Source of the DNA: Neophaeotheca triangularis
Taxonomy: Eukaryota
Direction of reading: 5' to 3'
Length of the DNA: 36,564 nt
NCBI GenBank assembly: GCA_054600435.1
Contig: BAAIJX010000055.1
Coordinates: 124,001-160,564, forward strand
The notes under the pieces were generated by a model. It made no database searches. It was not told the DNA's origin and saw nothing but the letters and a program-made list of their open reading frames with translations. Shown here in pieces: positions 22,948 to 33,191 of the stretch. Position 1 is the stretch's first letter. Each line of letters starts with the position of its first letter. Both the position numbers and the translations under genes were made by a program.

Positions 22948-24363
22948 ATGTCAAGATCAGTCTCTATGTCACACGAGACTCGAGTCACTCGATCAAGCGG
23001 TCCGTTACGAAAGCCGAGCGAAATATCCTTGGCAGCCTGGGACGCGATGGACCAACGACAAAGGATCCAATTCTCTCATGCGGGCAGGATCAACGAGACC
23101 GAAGAAGGTGAAACTGCACCGCATAGCTGCGAGCGATGCAAAGGTATGGGTATGGTCTGCAAAGTATACACCGAGCAGGCCCGCGAGAGACACATGCAAG
23201 GTGGGAGAGGATTCGCTTGTGGAGAATGTATGAAATTGCAACTAGCCTGCTCGTTTCCACTCCTAAAGTACATGGGTACCAAACTCGCACAAGATCTTCA
23301 GGCGCCAGACAAGGTGTCACACAGCCAGCCCACTCGAGTCGCCAGCATGATGGAAGAGCGGCCTAGTAACGGCAAACGGGCGCACGGCGGCGATGCCTCT
23401 AACGACGGACCAAAAGCGGCGAAGAAACAGAAGTCTGGGGGCTCCGTCCAAGGCGGGTCTTACTGCGGACCAGCCATGGCAAAGAAACAGAAGCCGGAAG
23501 GATCAGTGCAACCAAAGCAGGACTACAGCTTCATGCGCTCCGTTGCACGAGGCAAGACTACTACTACTACAGCTACTGCCATTGGAAACACTCCAAAGGC
23601 TCCGGCTGTCGTCGTCAACCAACCACGACAACTACCCGGATCCCTAGCGAAGACAGATAAAACCCCACAGACCGTTCTTCAATCCCCAAAGAACGTGTAC
23701 GTTGGTCGAAAGCATCCGATCTCGCCTAGGAACGGCGCAATTGGGCAACAGACTGAAGAGGCTGAAAAAAGTGAACGGCGACATGTACGTGCTTCGGCCC
23801 CCGATCGGGATCCAGCAGACGTGACAAGGGATTTTCGTCTGGAGATGCAAGAGCTGGTGGATGACCTGGATGGCGATGTGCAGAAGATTGTTCGTAGTCT
23901 GAGGAAGAAGAACGAAGAGACCATCGTCAAAGCCAAGCGGTCACAGGACGATGCAAACAAGGCTCAGGCTACGGCGAATATCGCGTACGAAGCCGAACTC
24001 ACACAGCTCAAGGGACAGCTAGAAAAGAGCGAAGCAGAACGGGAACGGCAGTGTGTGCAGCTGATGGAGCTCACGGACAAGCTGGCGCTCCTAGAGGGCA
24101 CCGCGCAGTTGTCAGATGCTGGAACTGAGCGTATTGCCGAGGCTGTGGTGGAGAAGATGCAGAGCCGTTTCGTGGTAGTTGGATCCGAAGAAGGTCCCAG
24201 GGAGCGGCGGCCCACATCCGAGGCGAATGACGCAAGCGGTCTAACAGCATCAGATGTCCAACGCATCCAGCTGGTGAAGGAAGAGGGAGAAGATGAACAG
24301 AAGCTGAAGGTGGAAGAGATTGCGGAACAGCTGCCCTCGAGCCAGTCCATGCTGCTCGCTTAG
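22948..24363 (+). CDS. Hypothetical protein with N-terminal six-cysteine cluster, basic NLS-like repeats and C-terminal coiled coil, 471 aa
   Basis: Intronless 1416-nt ATG ORF. CERC-x5-C...CGEC-x6-C, two AKKQKxxGSVQ copies, and a heptad-rich E/K/Q/L region at about residues 295-385. Confidence 0.7.
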   Translation: MSRSVSMSHETRVTRSSGPLRKPSEISLAAWDAMDQRQRIQFSHAGRINETEEGETAPHSCERCKGMGMVCKVYTEQARERHMQGGRGFACGECMKLQLACSFPLLKYMGTKLAQDLQAPDKVSHSQPTRVASMMEERPSNGKRAHGGDASNDGPKAAKKQKSGGSVQGGSYCGPAMAKKQKPEGSVQPKQDYSFMRSVARGKTTTTTATAIGNTPKAPAVVVNQPRQLPGSLAKTDKTPQTVLQSPKNVYVGRKHPISPRNGAIGQQTEEAEKSERRHVRASAPDRDPADVTRDFRLEMQELVDDLDGDVQKIVRSLRKKNEETIVKAKRSQDDANKAQATANIAYEAELTQLKGQLEKSEAERERQCVQLMELTDKLALLEGTAQLSDAGTERIAEAVVEKMQSRFVVVGSEEGPRERRPTSEANDASGLTASDVQRIQLVKEEGEDEQKLKVEEIAEQLPSSQSMLLA

Positions 24364-24700
24364 CGTTTCGACGTTCCGTTGGGGTGTCCATGGCGAGCTA
24401 GGAGCATCAGAGGTCTGAGGGATTGGCATGACTTAGCTGCATTTGTTGTCCGCTTCCATTTTAATGCTGTGACCTCGAGGAGACGGTCATCTGGAGAGCT
24501 CTGCTAGCTGTCGGTCCGACTATTATCCAACTCATCCAAATCGCTTACCACTTAGCTAAGAGAGAGGATTTGAAACACAGGAGGTTGATCAGTCTTTCGA
24601 TGCACGTATACAGACATAGTTCACTGTACAGATAATCTGCCATAACGCCGCCGCTGTGCTGATCTGACCTCGGCCTTCCCTACCCAAATGCGCCACGTCG

Positions 24701-25265
24701 CTAGAACTCTTCCTGCTCTTGGAAGAACATGGTGAAGCTAATGATGGTGCTATAGATCAGCAAACCACCGATGATACTCATGACCATGGCCTCCACTCGA
24801 ATCAGATCGCAATGAGCGAGGACGACCGGTAGCGCTGGAAAATACGTCGTTAGCTTTGCGATGTTGGAATTTTTTCCTTCGCATATTCCAGTACTGTCTT
24901 TCCAGATGCCCCTTCCTCTCTGGAAGCATGTACAGCGCAAGATGCAACTCACCAACACCCATAACCACCATGAACCCCGTCATAAACCTTCCCAACTCAA
25001 CAACGCTGCTGCTTCCGCTGTCCATAAAGTCATCCTGACCGCCCGCCTTGCCGCATATCCAGTTTGGCACGGGTGCGAGAACGTATGTGGCTACTACGAG
25101 TAGGGGGAGGTAGTTCTTGAACAGCGCGGATGAGAGGATCACGAGTAGAAAGCCGATCGCGAGGATCTGTCGAGCACCGGCCAGTTAGCGAGAGCGCCAG
25201 AGAGAAATCTGACAGAGCCTCAGACGTACAAAGGAGAGCACTATAATGGTCTTGAGGCCGGCCAT
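24701..25265 (-). CDS. VPS55: Vacuolar protein sorting 55 (OB-RGRP/VPS55 family), 127 aa. Exons 25265-25230, 25166-24953, 24834-24701
   Basis: MAGLKTIIVLSF|ILAIGFLLVILSSALFKNYLPLLVVATYVLAPVPNWIC..ELGRFMTGFMVVMGV|ALPVVLAHC..SIIGGLLIYSTIISFTMFFQEQEEF. Two GT-AG introns. Confidence 0.95.
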
Positions 25266-25663
25266 GCTGGCGGTGTGCTCGGGTGTCGTGGTTTGCCGAA
25301 TGGCGGGGCTTGAGTAGCTGTTCTGAGCGCGCTGGGTGGCGATTTGTGTTGACAATTGGATCAGATGAGAGTCGTACAATCGGTCTCGACGGGTCAGGTA
25401 TACTTCAGGTGATTCGTCGTCGAGAGAAGCTCCCAAAGAGGAAGGCAGGTCGTCCGGTATAGGCGGGTCTTGGTAAGGACCGTGCAGGAAGCTCCCCCGT
25501 TCGGGCATAGTGCTCGTCGGGGCTTGTGGAAAGTCCACCGACCTCATTGCGCGCGTCTCCCAGAGGCCTAGCTTGAGCTCCAACACCACGAGGACATCTC
25601 GAACACTCCATCCAGCCTGAGGACATTTGAGGACATCACAATACCCAATCCAGAATCAGCAAC

Positions 25664-26559
25664 ATGTTCCGCAACAACTACGATAACGATTCGGTCACCT
25701 TGTACGTCATCAGCAGAGCCATCGTGCCGCCAACTTCACAAGCTAACCAATACAACAGCTCGCCCCAAGGCCGCATCTTCCAGGTGGAATACGCCCAGGA
25801 GGCCGTCAAGCAAGGTTCCGTAGTTGTCGGCATAGTCTCCAAGACGCACGCTGTTCTCGCCGCACTCAAAGTGAGTATATCAACGTGACTCTCGATCCCA
25901 AACCTACAAACGGCGCCACTAACGTAGCCACCACTCAGCGAAACGCCGAAGAGCTTTCCTCATACCAAAAGAAGATCATTCCCATCGACACCCACTATGG
26001 CATCGCCCTCGCTGGTCTCGCCTCCGATGCTCGCGTGCTCTCCAACTTCATGAAGCAGCAATCGCTATCCTCCCGCCTAACCTACGCCCGACCCATCCTC
26101 CTCTCAGACATCACATCCCGCATTGGCGACCGCGCCCAGACCAATACCCAGCAATACGGCAAGCGACCGTATGGCGTGGGACTGCTCATCGCCGGAGTAG
26201 ATGCCAAGGGCCCTCACCTCTTCGAATTTCAACCGAGCGGTGTGACGCAGGAGATGGTGGCGTGTGGTATCGGTGCTCGCAGTCAAATGGCGCGGACGTA
26301 CCTCGAGAGGAATCTGGACGAGTTCGAGAACAGCAGCCGCGAGGAACTGATCAAGCATGCCCTGCGCGCGCTCAAGGACTCGTTGAGTCAGGACAAGGAA
26401 CTCACAATCGACAACACGAGCTTAGGCGTCAGCGGCATGGATGAGAACTTCAAGCTCTACGAGGGGCAAGAGATTGCGGAGTGGCTGGATGCGACGTTTG
26501 AGAACAAGACGGAAGGAGCTGGCGATGGCGATGGCGAGGCTATGGATACTGGGTCATGA
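25664..26559 (+). CDS. PRE5: 20S proteasome subunit alpha-6, ~256 aa. Exons 25664-25701, 25759-25870, 25939-26559
   Basis: [72 protein letters not shown]. Introns GTACGT..CTAAC..CAG and GTGAGT..CTAAC..CAG. Confidence 0.97.
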
Positions 26560-27119
26560 GCGAGTCCCTCGGATCGGTAGAGATGCTTGTGATGCATGGC
26601 AAGGCGTTTGAGGCGCGAAACGAGACGTATGTACAATACATAAGCACGATATGAGCAAAGTGCTATATGAGCACTTTGCAATTGCTGTTATGGGGTTATT
26701 ACGATTTAGTCTCCGCAAAGGTTTAATGTCGCAGCTGCTGAAGGTGAGTGGAGTGCGATGCCATCGGCGCATTTCGCATACGAAGCTTTTGCTGACAATT
26801 CGGATGGTTAGCCGACTCAACATCGACATGCGCTGTAAGAGCAGAAGGCAAGTTCTATCGAGGTATGTCAACAGCTCAGCGAGCTCAAATTCGTCTGACT
26901 AGCTTCCCTTCACTTGTATGTCCGCTTGGATGCTCCAGCCAGTAATATGAAGGGCAATTGCAACTACACATACGCTCTCGATCACTCGACTTCCGAAGTG
27001 TCCTCGCCACTAAACCCGCATTTGAGTAGCGCGCTTGACGCTCTTTCGTTCTCTCTTACTTCGTCTAAACACCGTCCTTTCTCCTTCGAAATCTATCGCA
27101 CAAAAACTGGACCGTTCGG

Positions 27120-29981
27120 ATGTCTTCTCGCAATATCAGCCATCGCGCTGAACTGCAACAAGAGCGTCGGCCTGCAAGCTCATCTCGGCTTTCGAGAAGC
27201 CATTCGTTTCGTACCGAGCGCATCATAGCAGAGGGGATGGGCATGGTTAATGAAACGGGTAGAGTTGCGAATCGTTCACCATCACATTCGTTGGCGGATG
27301 TTGGGAGGCTTACTACCCCTTCGTTTGGGAGCCAGAGTTACATGCCTTGTGAAACCCATCCACCTTCGCAACAAGCTATCTATGAACAGCGTCAGTGTCC
27401 GGAGCCGGACTCTCTTGCCAACCGATCAACCTACACAGAAAGCAGGCAGCATCCAAGCGCAACGATCTCCACCAACATAGGCGGAATGGGACCCCCAGCG
27501 CAACGTGCATCGAGAGCACTTGCGCCTAATCGACATCCCTACCTACAGCCAAGTCCCGGGTCTCAAGGCTCTCAAACCATGCGGGGGACACAAATTCCGG
27601 CAACTACCTTTGTACGAGCTGAAAGCAGTCCTTTGCCCAAGCAAATCCAGCAAATCCAGCAAACGCAGCATCAACAGCGACGACCACATCCAGCTTCGGG
27701 CGGGTACCAACAATCAAATGATATGTTCTCCGTACAGCAGCAGTCGGCATCGTCGCTCGATAGCGCCGCCCTTCAGTCGCCTCTGGCGATGAACCAAAGT
27801 GGTCCCTCAGCTCGACCATTCAATCAGATCAACGTTTATGGCAACTTTCTTGGTTCCATGTATCAAAATTCCACGCATAATGGGGGCATAGGCTATCCAT
27901 CGCAGCAGCCACGTCGAACGCATCGTAGCCAGCAGCTGCCGGAGGACTACTTGCCATCACAAGGCTCTAGTGACTTTGGCAGTAGCTCTCAGGGGCCCGG
28001 ATGTTCCGGTGTTATCCCTGGCAGCTTCTCAAGTGGTTTCACCAGTCACAACACTCCCAATAACACGCATCAGACCAGCTTCTCTGCCTCTGAAGCGGCC
28101 CAGCGCCATCCATCGAACCTCAACATGTCGCCGCCGGAGATGCCTCCAAGGAACATCAATAACGTCGCCGACATGGTCCGTGCTCCGCTAGGCAGCGGCG
28201 TCTCTAGACCTCAACCTCACTCAGTCTCTCATCAACAAACTCCCGCACAGTCACCTACTGGCCACCCTTCACTTATTACCAACACGACCACCACCAGAAG
28301 GATGTCAGTCAACCCACAGGACATCATGAACATGCAGAGGGGCGCTTCGATGAACACTAGGAGACCCTCGCTAAGCAGGGAGGAAGCGCTCGCGCAGGCC
28401 AATGCGAGTAGAAGCCCGTCATCTCGCGTAAGTCACAAGAGTACAGCAGGCGCGTTGCACAGAATGCTGATTACAGGGTCACAGGTGCAAAGTCCCCAGC
28501 AAACTGCCGTGCGCAGCTCGAACAACTTCCACCTTGCGCCGAATGGAGGGCCCGCTCGCGAGTCGATTAGGCCTGCTAGTGCATCTCCCATGGCCGCCGC
28601 CAATGCACGCGCCTTGGTTCAGGAGATGAGATTCCAGCAGCAGCAATACCAGCGAAGTCAGCAACATCAGCAACATCAGCAACATCAGCAACATCAGCAA
28701 TACCAGCAATACCAGCAATATCAGCAACAGCAGCAACAGCAGCAACAGCAGCGGTCTATGGCGACCTCCGGCTCAGGCACGCCTTTTCGGCAAGACTGGC
28801 AACGCAACAACCCCATGAGCCATCCTTCAGCGACGCTTGCTAACAATTCGCCTTCACATGCTGGAGCAGGAACAAAGAGAGAGGTCTCAGAAGAGGGTCA
28901 GACAGGAGCACAGCACAAGAGACAACGTGTCGGCGGGAACTCCCAAGTAAACCCACAGGTTGCGCAGTCCAGCACACCTTCCCGCAACGGCACACATGGC
29001 ATGGTGCCAGCGCAACAACGTCCTAATATGACTCCAGTAACCTTAGCACGTGTGCGAGGGGGAACGCAGACGGCCGGACAGCCCAGGACTCAGTTTCCAA
29101 ACTCCCAGCGGCGCGGAGGCAGCAGCCAGAGCAACACGAGAAGGGCAGGATCGTCGACATCAACAGCACCAAACGGTCTGCCACCAGCGCCTACGAGGCC
29201 ATCAAACACCAGTCGTCCTCCAACAGGCTACCCACGCGGTGGTACTGCTCACCCTCAGCCGCAGTCTTCCAATTCGAACCTTGCTGTTCCCAACGCTAGG
29301 GGTGCTCCAGCGGCCGGCTCCCGCTGCGGCGCGGCTCACACGACACCACGGCCTTCGAACGCTATTCCTGCTACGGCGGCCAACACCAGCACTTCGCCAG
29401 CAGCCAATCCCCGCAGCGGTGGGGCTCACGCGATCCAACAGTCCCCAAACCCCAATCCTGCCGCGGCCAACAACAGCGGCTCCGGCCAGCCTACCAACAC
29501 CGTGCCGCAGCCCACAGCAGTCCAAACGGCTCTAGGAGCGCTGAGGCCCGCACCAGAACACATGTCCGCCGAAACCTGGACCCAAGTCGAATACCTCGGC
29601 GCGCCCCCACGGCCCGCATTCGTCCCGTGGACCAAATCAGTCAACAGTGAGTCGGCAGAGGACCGCAAGAAACGCGAGAGCTTCGAGATGAGCCTGAACC
29701 TTGCCTACGAAGTCAACAAGTGGAGCCTCGAGCGCGACGCCGCGCTCGGCTTGCCGCCCAGGGACTTGATCACGATGTGCGGGCTTGAGGGTAAGGCTAG
29801 GGGGAGTGTGGAGGTGCAGATGGTGGCTGAGGGGTTGCAGCGGGAGGCTGATGCTGGTGATCGGGAGGCCAGGCACCGTTTGAATTGGATGATTGGGCAT
29901 GGGTTGATGAGGGCACCTCTGAGGAGCGAGAATGGGGCGGGCGATGACAAGGTCGTGGTAGGTCCGGGTGAAGGTGACTAA
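27120..29981 (+). CDS. Hypothetical Q/S/P/N-rich, largely disordered protein with a short ordered C-terminal region, 953 aa
   Basis: Uninterrupted 2862-nt ORF with low-complexity composition and a polyQ tract. No domain that I recognise. Start codon choice is uncertain (further ATGs at 27237 and 27243). Confidence 0.75.
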   Translation: MSSRNISHRAELQQERRPASSSRLSRSHSFRTERIIAEGMGMVNETGRVANRSPSHSLADVGRLTTPSFGSQSYMPCETHPPSQQAIYEQRQCPEPDSLANRSTYTESRQHPSATISTNIGGMGPPAQRASRALAPNRHPYLQPSPGSQGSQTMRGTQIPATTFVRAESSPLPKQIQQIQQTQHQQRRPHPASGGYQQSNDMFSVQQQSASSLDSAALQSPLAMNQSGPSARPFNQINVYGNFLGSMYQNSTHNGGIGYPSQQPRRTHRSQQLPEDYLPSQGSSDFGSSSQGPGCSGVIPGSFSSGFTSHNTPNNTHQTSFSASEAAQRHPSNLNMSPPEMPPRNINNVADMVRAPLGSGVSRPQPHSVSHQQTPAQSPTGHPSLITNTTTTRRMSVNPQDIMNMQRGASMNTRRPSLSREEALAQANASRSPSSRVSHKSTAGALHRMLITGSQVQSPQQTAVRSSNNFHLAPNGGPARESIRPASASPMAAANARALVQEMRFQQQQYQRSQQHQQHQQHQQHQQYQQYQQYQQQQQQQQQQRSMATSGSGTPFRQDWQRNNPMSHPSATLANNSPSHAGAGTKREVSEEGQTGAQHKRQRVGGNSQVNPQVAQSSTPSRNGTHGMVPAQQRPNMTPVTLARVRGGTQTAGQPRTQFPNSQRRGGSSQSNTRRAGSSTSTAPNGLPPAPTRPSNTSRPPTGYPRGGTAHPQPQSSNSNLAVPNARGAPAAGSRCGAAHTTPRPSNAIPATAANTSTSPAANPRSGGAHAIQQSPNPNPAAANNSGSGQPTNTVPQPTAVQTALGALRPAPEHMSAETWTQVEYLGAPPRPAFVPWTKSVNSESAEDRKKRESFEMSLNLAYEVNKWSLERDAALGLPPRDLITMCGLEGKARGSVEVQMVAEGLQREADAGDREARHRLNWMIGHGLMRAPLRSENGAGDDKVVVGPGEGD
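28659..28751 (+). repeat. Coding 9-bp minisatellite / polyQ tract: (CAGCAACAT)4 (CAGCAATAY)3 then CAG/CAA codons
   Basis: Encodes QQHQQHQQHQQHQQYQQYQQYQQQQQQQQQQ; directly visible in the sequence. Confidence 0.9.
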
Positions 29982-30892
29982 GGAGAGTGAGGAAAGCGGC
30001 GGCAGGAATGGGCAGGGTGGTGAGCCCGGCCGCGATTCTCGAGGTGCGAATGAGGGATGATGATGGTGACAAGGGAAAGGGGGTTTCATCTCATGGACAC
30101 GACTTCACGGAGTAAATGGGACATGGGAACGAGCATTGTTTTCGAAGGAGTCCCTGCTGATTGTTGACTTGGGGATCAGTACTAGGAACGTAACGATGGG
30201 AGCAAACGTTCACTTGCGGAAGGTGCACACTGCACGAGCTTGGTTGGACGAGGCAGTACGTACTACCGGACGTGTCACGTCGTACATAACGGTGTGAATG
30301 ACCAAAGTGGATTGAATCGATTTAAAAGGTGAACGCATTCCCCATGCCGTGACAAGCCGGCAACATACTGCCACTACTCTTCTTGTCATTAACTCAGGCT
30401 CTCTTTCGGACCATGACCCTTGTGCTCGACATGATACTTTCAACCAACACGTGAAAAGTGCTGGAGTCTGAGTAGTAAGAATATTAAACCGGAATCCATT
30501 CACCATCATCCAAGCGACTAGAATACAATCACAACAGACTCGAGCTCGCCGTCGCCGGCCGGTATTTGTCGATTTTCCACTTGCCGGGCTCGAACGAGCA
30601 GCCTCCACTTCCCAGTCTTGGCTCGCAGTTTTTACGCAATCCGAATTTCGCGCGGCCGCCCGGGCAAAGGCCAGCCCCTCTCTTCTTCCAACATAGCTCG
30701 ATTCTTTCCACACGGCAGTTGACAACACTCGACGCCCACCTCCGTCTTACCCACCCATGGCAGCCCTTTGGCCTTTGGCCTTATTATTGGGGCTCGGTTT
30801 GCACAATACGCGCCGAAGCAGATACTACTACTGATTATCAGGAGAGGTAGGTAGCTGAGGGCCCGGCAGTTCTGTCGCCCCATCTCGTCTCT

Positions 30893-30908
30893 CCCCCCCC
30901 CCCCCCCC
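30893..30908 (+). repeat. Poly-C homopolymer (16 nt) in the pyrimidine-rich region upstream of MetE-like paralog 2
   Basis: C16 run ending about 130 bp upstream of the ATG at 31039. Confidence 0.85.
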
Positions 30909-31038
30909 GTTCTCCACTACTCTCATAGTTACTACCATTATTATTCCTGCCCTACAAACATTTTCCCTTGTCCTCTTCCCCTTCCCAAAACCCACCCCAC
31001 CTACCTACACCTGCAACATTGCAATCCCCCGACTCAAT

Positions 31039-32232
31039 ATGCCAGTCACCAAACTCGCCTTCCACGCCGACCAAATCGGCTCGCTGCTCCGTCCTAGCTA
31101 CGTCTCGGAAGCGCAAGAAAAAGCCAACAATGGGCAAATCTCCGCACAGGAGCTGGAGGAGCAGCGTACGAAGGGCGTGCAATACATAGTGCGCAGGCAG
31201 CTCGAGGAAAACGTCCGTAGCATCTGCTCGGGCGAGTACGACCGCAAGTTCTACTTCAGCGGCTTCTTCGAGAAGCTCGGTGGCTTCCGCGCCGTCGACG
31301 ACGTGCCGTGGGAAATCACCCGTCTGTCGGCGCCGCCCATCATGGCGCTCAAAAAGGCCGGCAAGCAGTACCCCATGGCCGCCGTGTGCGACGGCAAGAT
31401 CGAGTACAAGACGTCGCCCTACCTCGACGACTGGAAGCGCCTGCGCGACAGCGTGCCCCAGGACAAGTGGAGCGAGTGCAAATTCACCATGCCACCCGCG
31501 CCCTACTTCCACCTGCGCCTCGGCCCCGGCCAATGCTACAGCAAAGACGCCTACAGCAACGACGACGACTTCTTCGCCGACCTGGCCGCGGCCTACCAAA
31601 AGGAATTCCGCACCCTCTACGACGCCGGCTGCCGCAACATCCAAATCGACGACCCGACCCTCGCCTACTTCTGCTCCGACGACATGATCGCCGGCCTCAA
31701 GAGCGACGGCGAAGACCCGGAGCGCATGTTTGAAACCTACCTCAAAGCCCACAACCAGTGCCTGGAAAACCGGCCCGACGACTTGCACGTCGGCTTGCAC
31801 GTGTGCCGCGGCAACTTCTCCAAAGCCATGCACTTCAGCGAGGGCAGCTACGAGAAGATCGCCGAGCGCTTCTTCAAGACCCTCAACTACGACACCTTCT
31901 ACCTCGAGTACGACAACCCGCGCAGCGGCGGTTTCGAGCCGCTGCGCTGGCTGCCGCAGCACAAGAACGTCGTGCTCGGTGTCGTCACCACCAAGGACCC
32001 CGAGATGGAGGACAAGGAGGTCATCAAGAGCCGGGTCCGGGGGGCCGCGGAGATTATCGCCCAGGGTCAGGGCAGGAGCGTCAAGGAGGCCATGGAGAAC
32101 GTCGGTGTCAGCCCGCAGTGTGGTTTCGCCAGCGTGGCTATTGGTGCCGAGGGCATGACCGAGGAGAAGATGTTTGCCAAGTTGGGGCTTGTGAGGGAGG
32201 TCGCGAGGGACTTGTGGCCTGACAGGCCTTAG
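31039..32232 (+). CDS. Single-domain MetE-like protein, paralog 2, intronless, 397 aa
   Basis: HADQIGSLLRP, SGEYDRKFYFSGFFE, QIDDPTLAYFCS, Zn ligands HVCRGN, YLEYD and SPQCGFAS. Strong C/G-ending codon bias. Confidence 0.93.
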   Translation: MPVTKLAFHADQIGSLLRPSYVSEAQEKANNGQISAQELEEQRTKGVQYIVRRQLEENVRSICSGEYDRKFYFSGFFEKLGGFRAVDDVPWEITRLSAPPIMALKKAGKQYPMAAVCDGKIEYKTSPYLDDWKRLRDSVPQDKWSECKFTMPPAPYFHLRLGPGQCYSKDAYSNDDDFFADLAAAYQKEFRTLYDAGCRNIQIDDPTLAYFCSDDMIAGLKSDGEDPERMFETYLKAHNQCLENRPDDLHVGLHVCRGNFSKAMHFSEGSYEKIAERFFKTLNYDTFYLEYDNPRSGGFEPLRWLPQHKNVVLGVVTTKDPEMEDKEVIKSRVRGAAEIIAQGQGRSVKEAMENVGVSPQCGFASVAIGAEGMTEEKMFAKLGLVREVARDLWPDRP

Positions 32233-32246
32233 AAGAGTGGTTGTTG

Positions 32247-32283
32247 AAGAAGAAAGAAGAAGAAGAAGAAGCAGAAGAAGAAG
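32247..32283 (+). repeat. Imperfect (GAA)n microsatellite just after the stop of MetE-like paralog 2
   Basis: gaagaagaaagaagaagaagaagaagcagaagaagaa. Confidence 0.8.
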
Positions 32284-33191
32284 CAGTGGCCGCGAGCCGA
32301 GGGGGTTCAACAGATATCCAAGTGTGATGCGTGCGAGCGCGAGAAACCGGGGGAGACTGCGAACAGCGTTCAACGCACTGGGTCACGGTTGTGCATAGGC
32401 AAAGGTGTGCTGTGGCGCTTTGGTGCGCATGGGTGCGTGCGGACGGACGATGGTCAGCGACACCACAGATAGTTGCATGCAGTGAATGCGAGAAAACATG
32501 TTGTACTCGCCACTTCCACGGAGAACCAAGACGAACGCCCGTTTCTACTTACGTTGCGGTATGGTATGGCTGGTATCCAGCAAGAGCTCGAGTGAGGTGC
32601 AATTACTGCGTTCGCGAGGTTTCAACATTAACGCTTTATCCCGCCGTAGCATCGAGTTGATGAGCGCCATGATGAACGGGATGGACCCGTGACATCCGAA
32701 CGCGCAGGGGTGAGAGCTCTGCTGTGCTCGATGACTGTCCACTTACGTTTCTGTGTAGCCGCTTAACCGTATGTCCCTTAAAGTACCTCCTACCTACAAG
32801 TACACATGCTCACCCACCCACGCGTGCAATCATGCCGACGCTCCCCTCTGTTCCCATCATCCAAGACACTACCAAAGCAAGAGAGTGTTTGACTTGAACA
32901 ATTGTCGATTTAATGTTGTAATTCTAACACAAAGATAGCACCATTCGTGGGACTTTTCGCCTGATGGGATCTCCCCCACATCGAGAAGCACCCCGAAGAG
33001 CTAGTTCCTCCACCATCACCCTCGGACTGATTGAGAAACGATCGAAAACGACACCCTCTTCCAATCACACTACCCAGAACGCCGCGCTAAAGCGCCTCTA
33101 ACCGAATTTTGGTAGGGTCTACTCGAGAACCCCATAGCGAGTGCGCTGAAAGGAGACATCACACGTCATCGTCGGCCGTGCTCGCATCCTC

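Noticed and set aside
25266..25589. N-terminal extension of VPS55 suggested by ORF 25185..25589
   Set aside because: The family starts at MAGLKTII; the extension would fill nearly the whole ~400-bp promoter shared with PRE5.
30952..32373. 473-aa minus-strand ORF
   Set aside because: Antisense mirror of the GC3-rich MetE-like gene; its poly-Leu comes from the GAA repeat.
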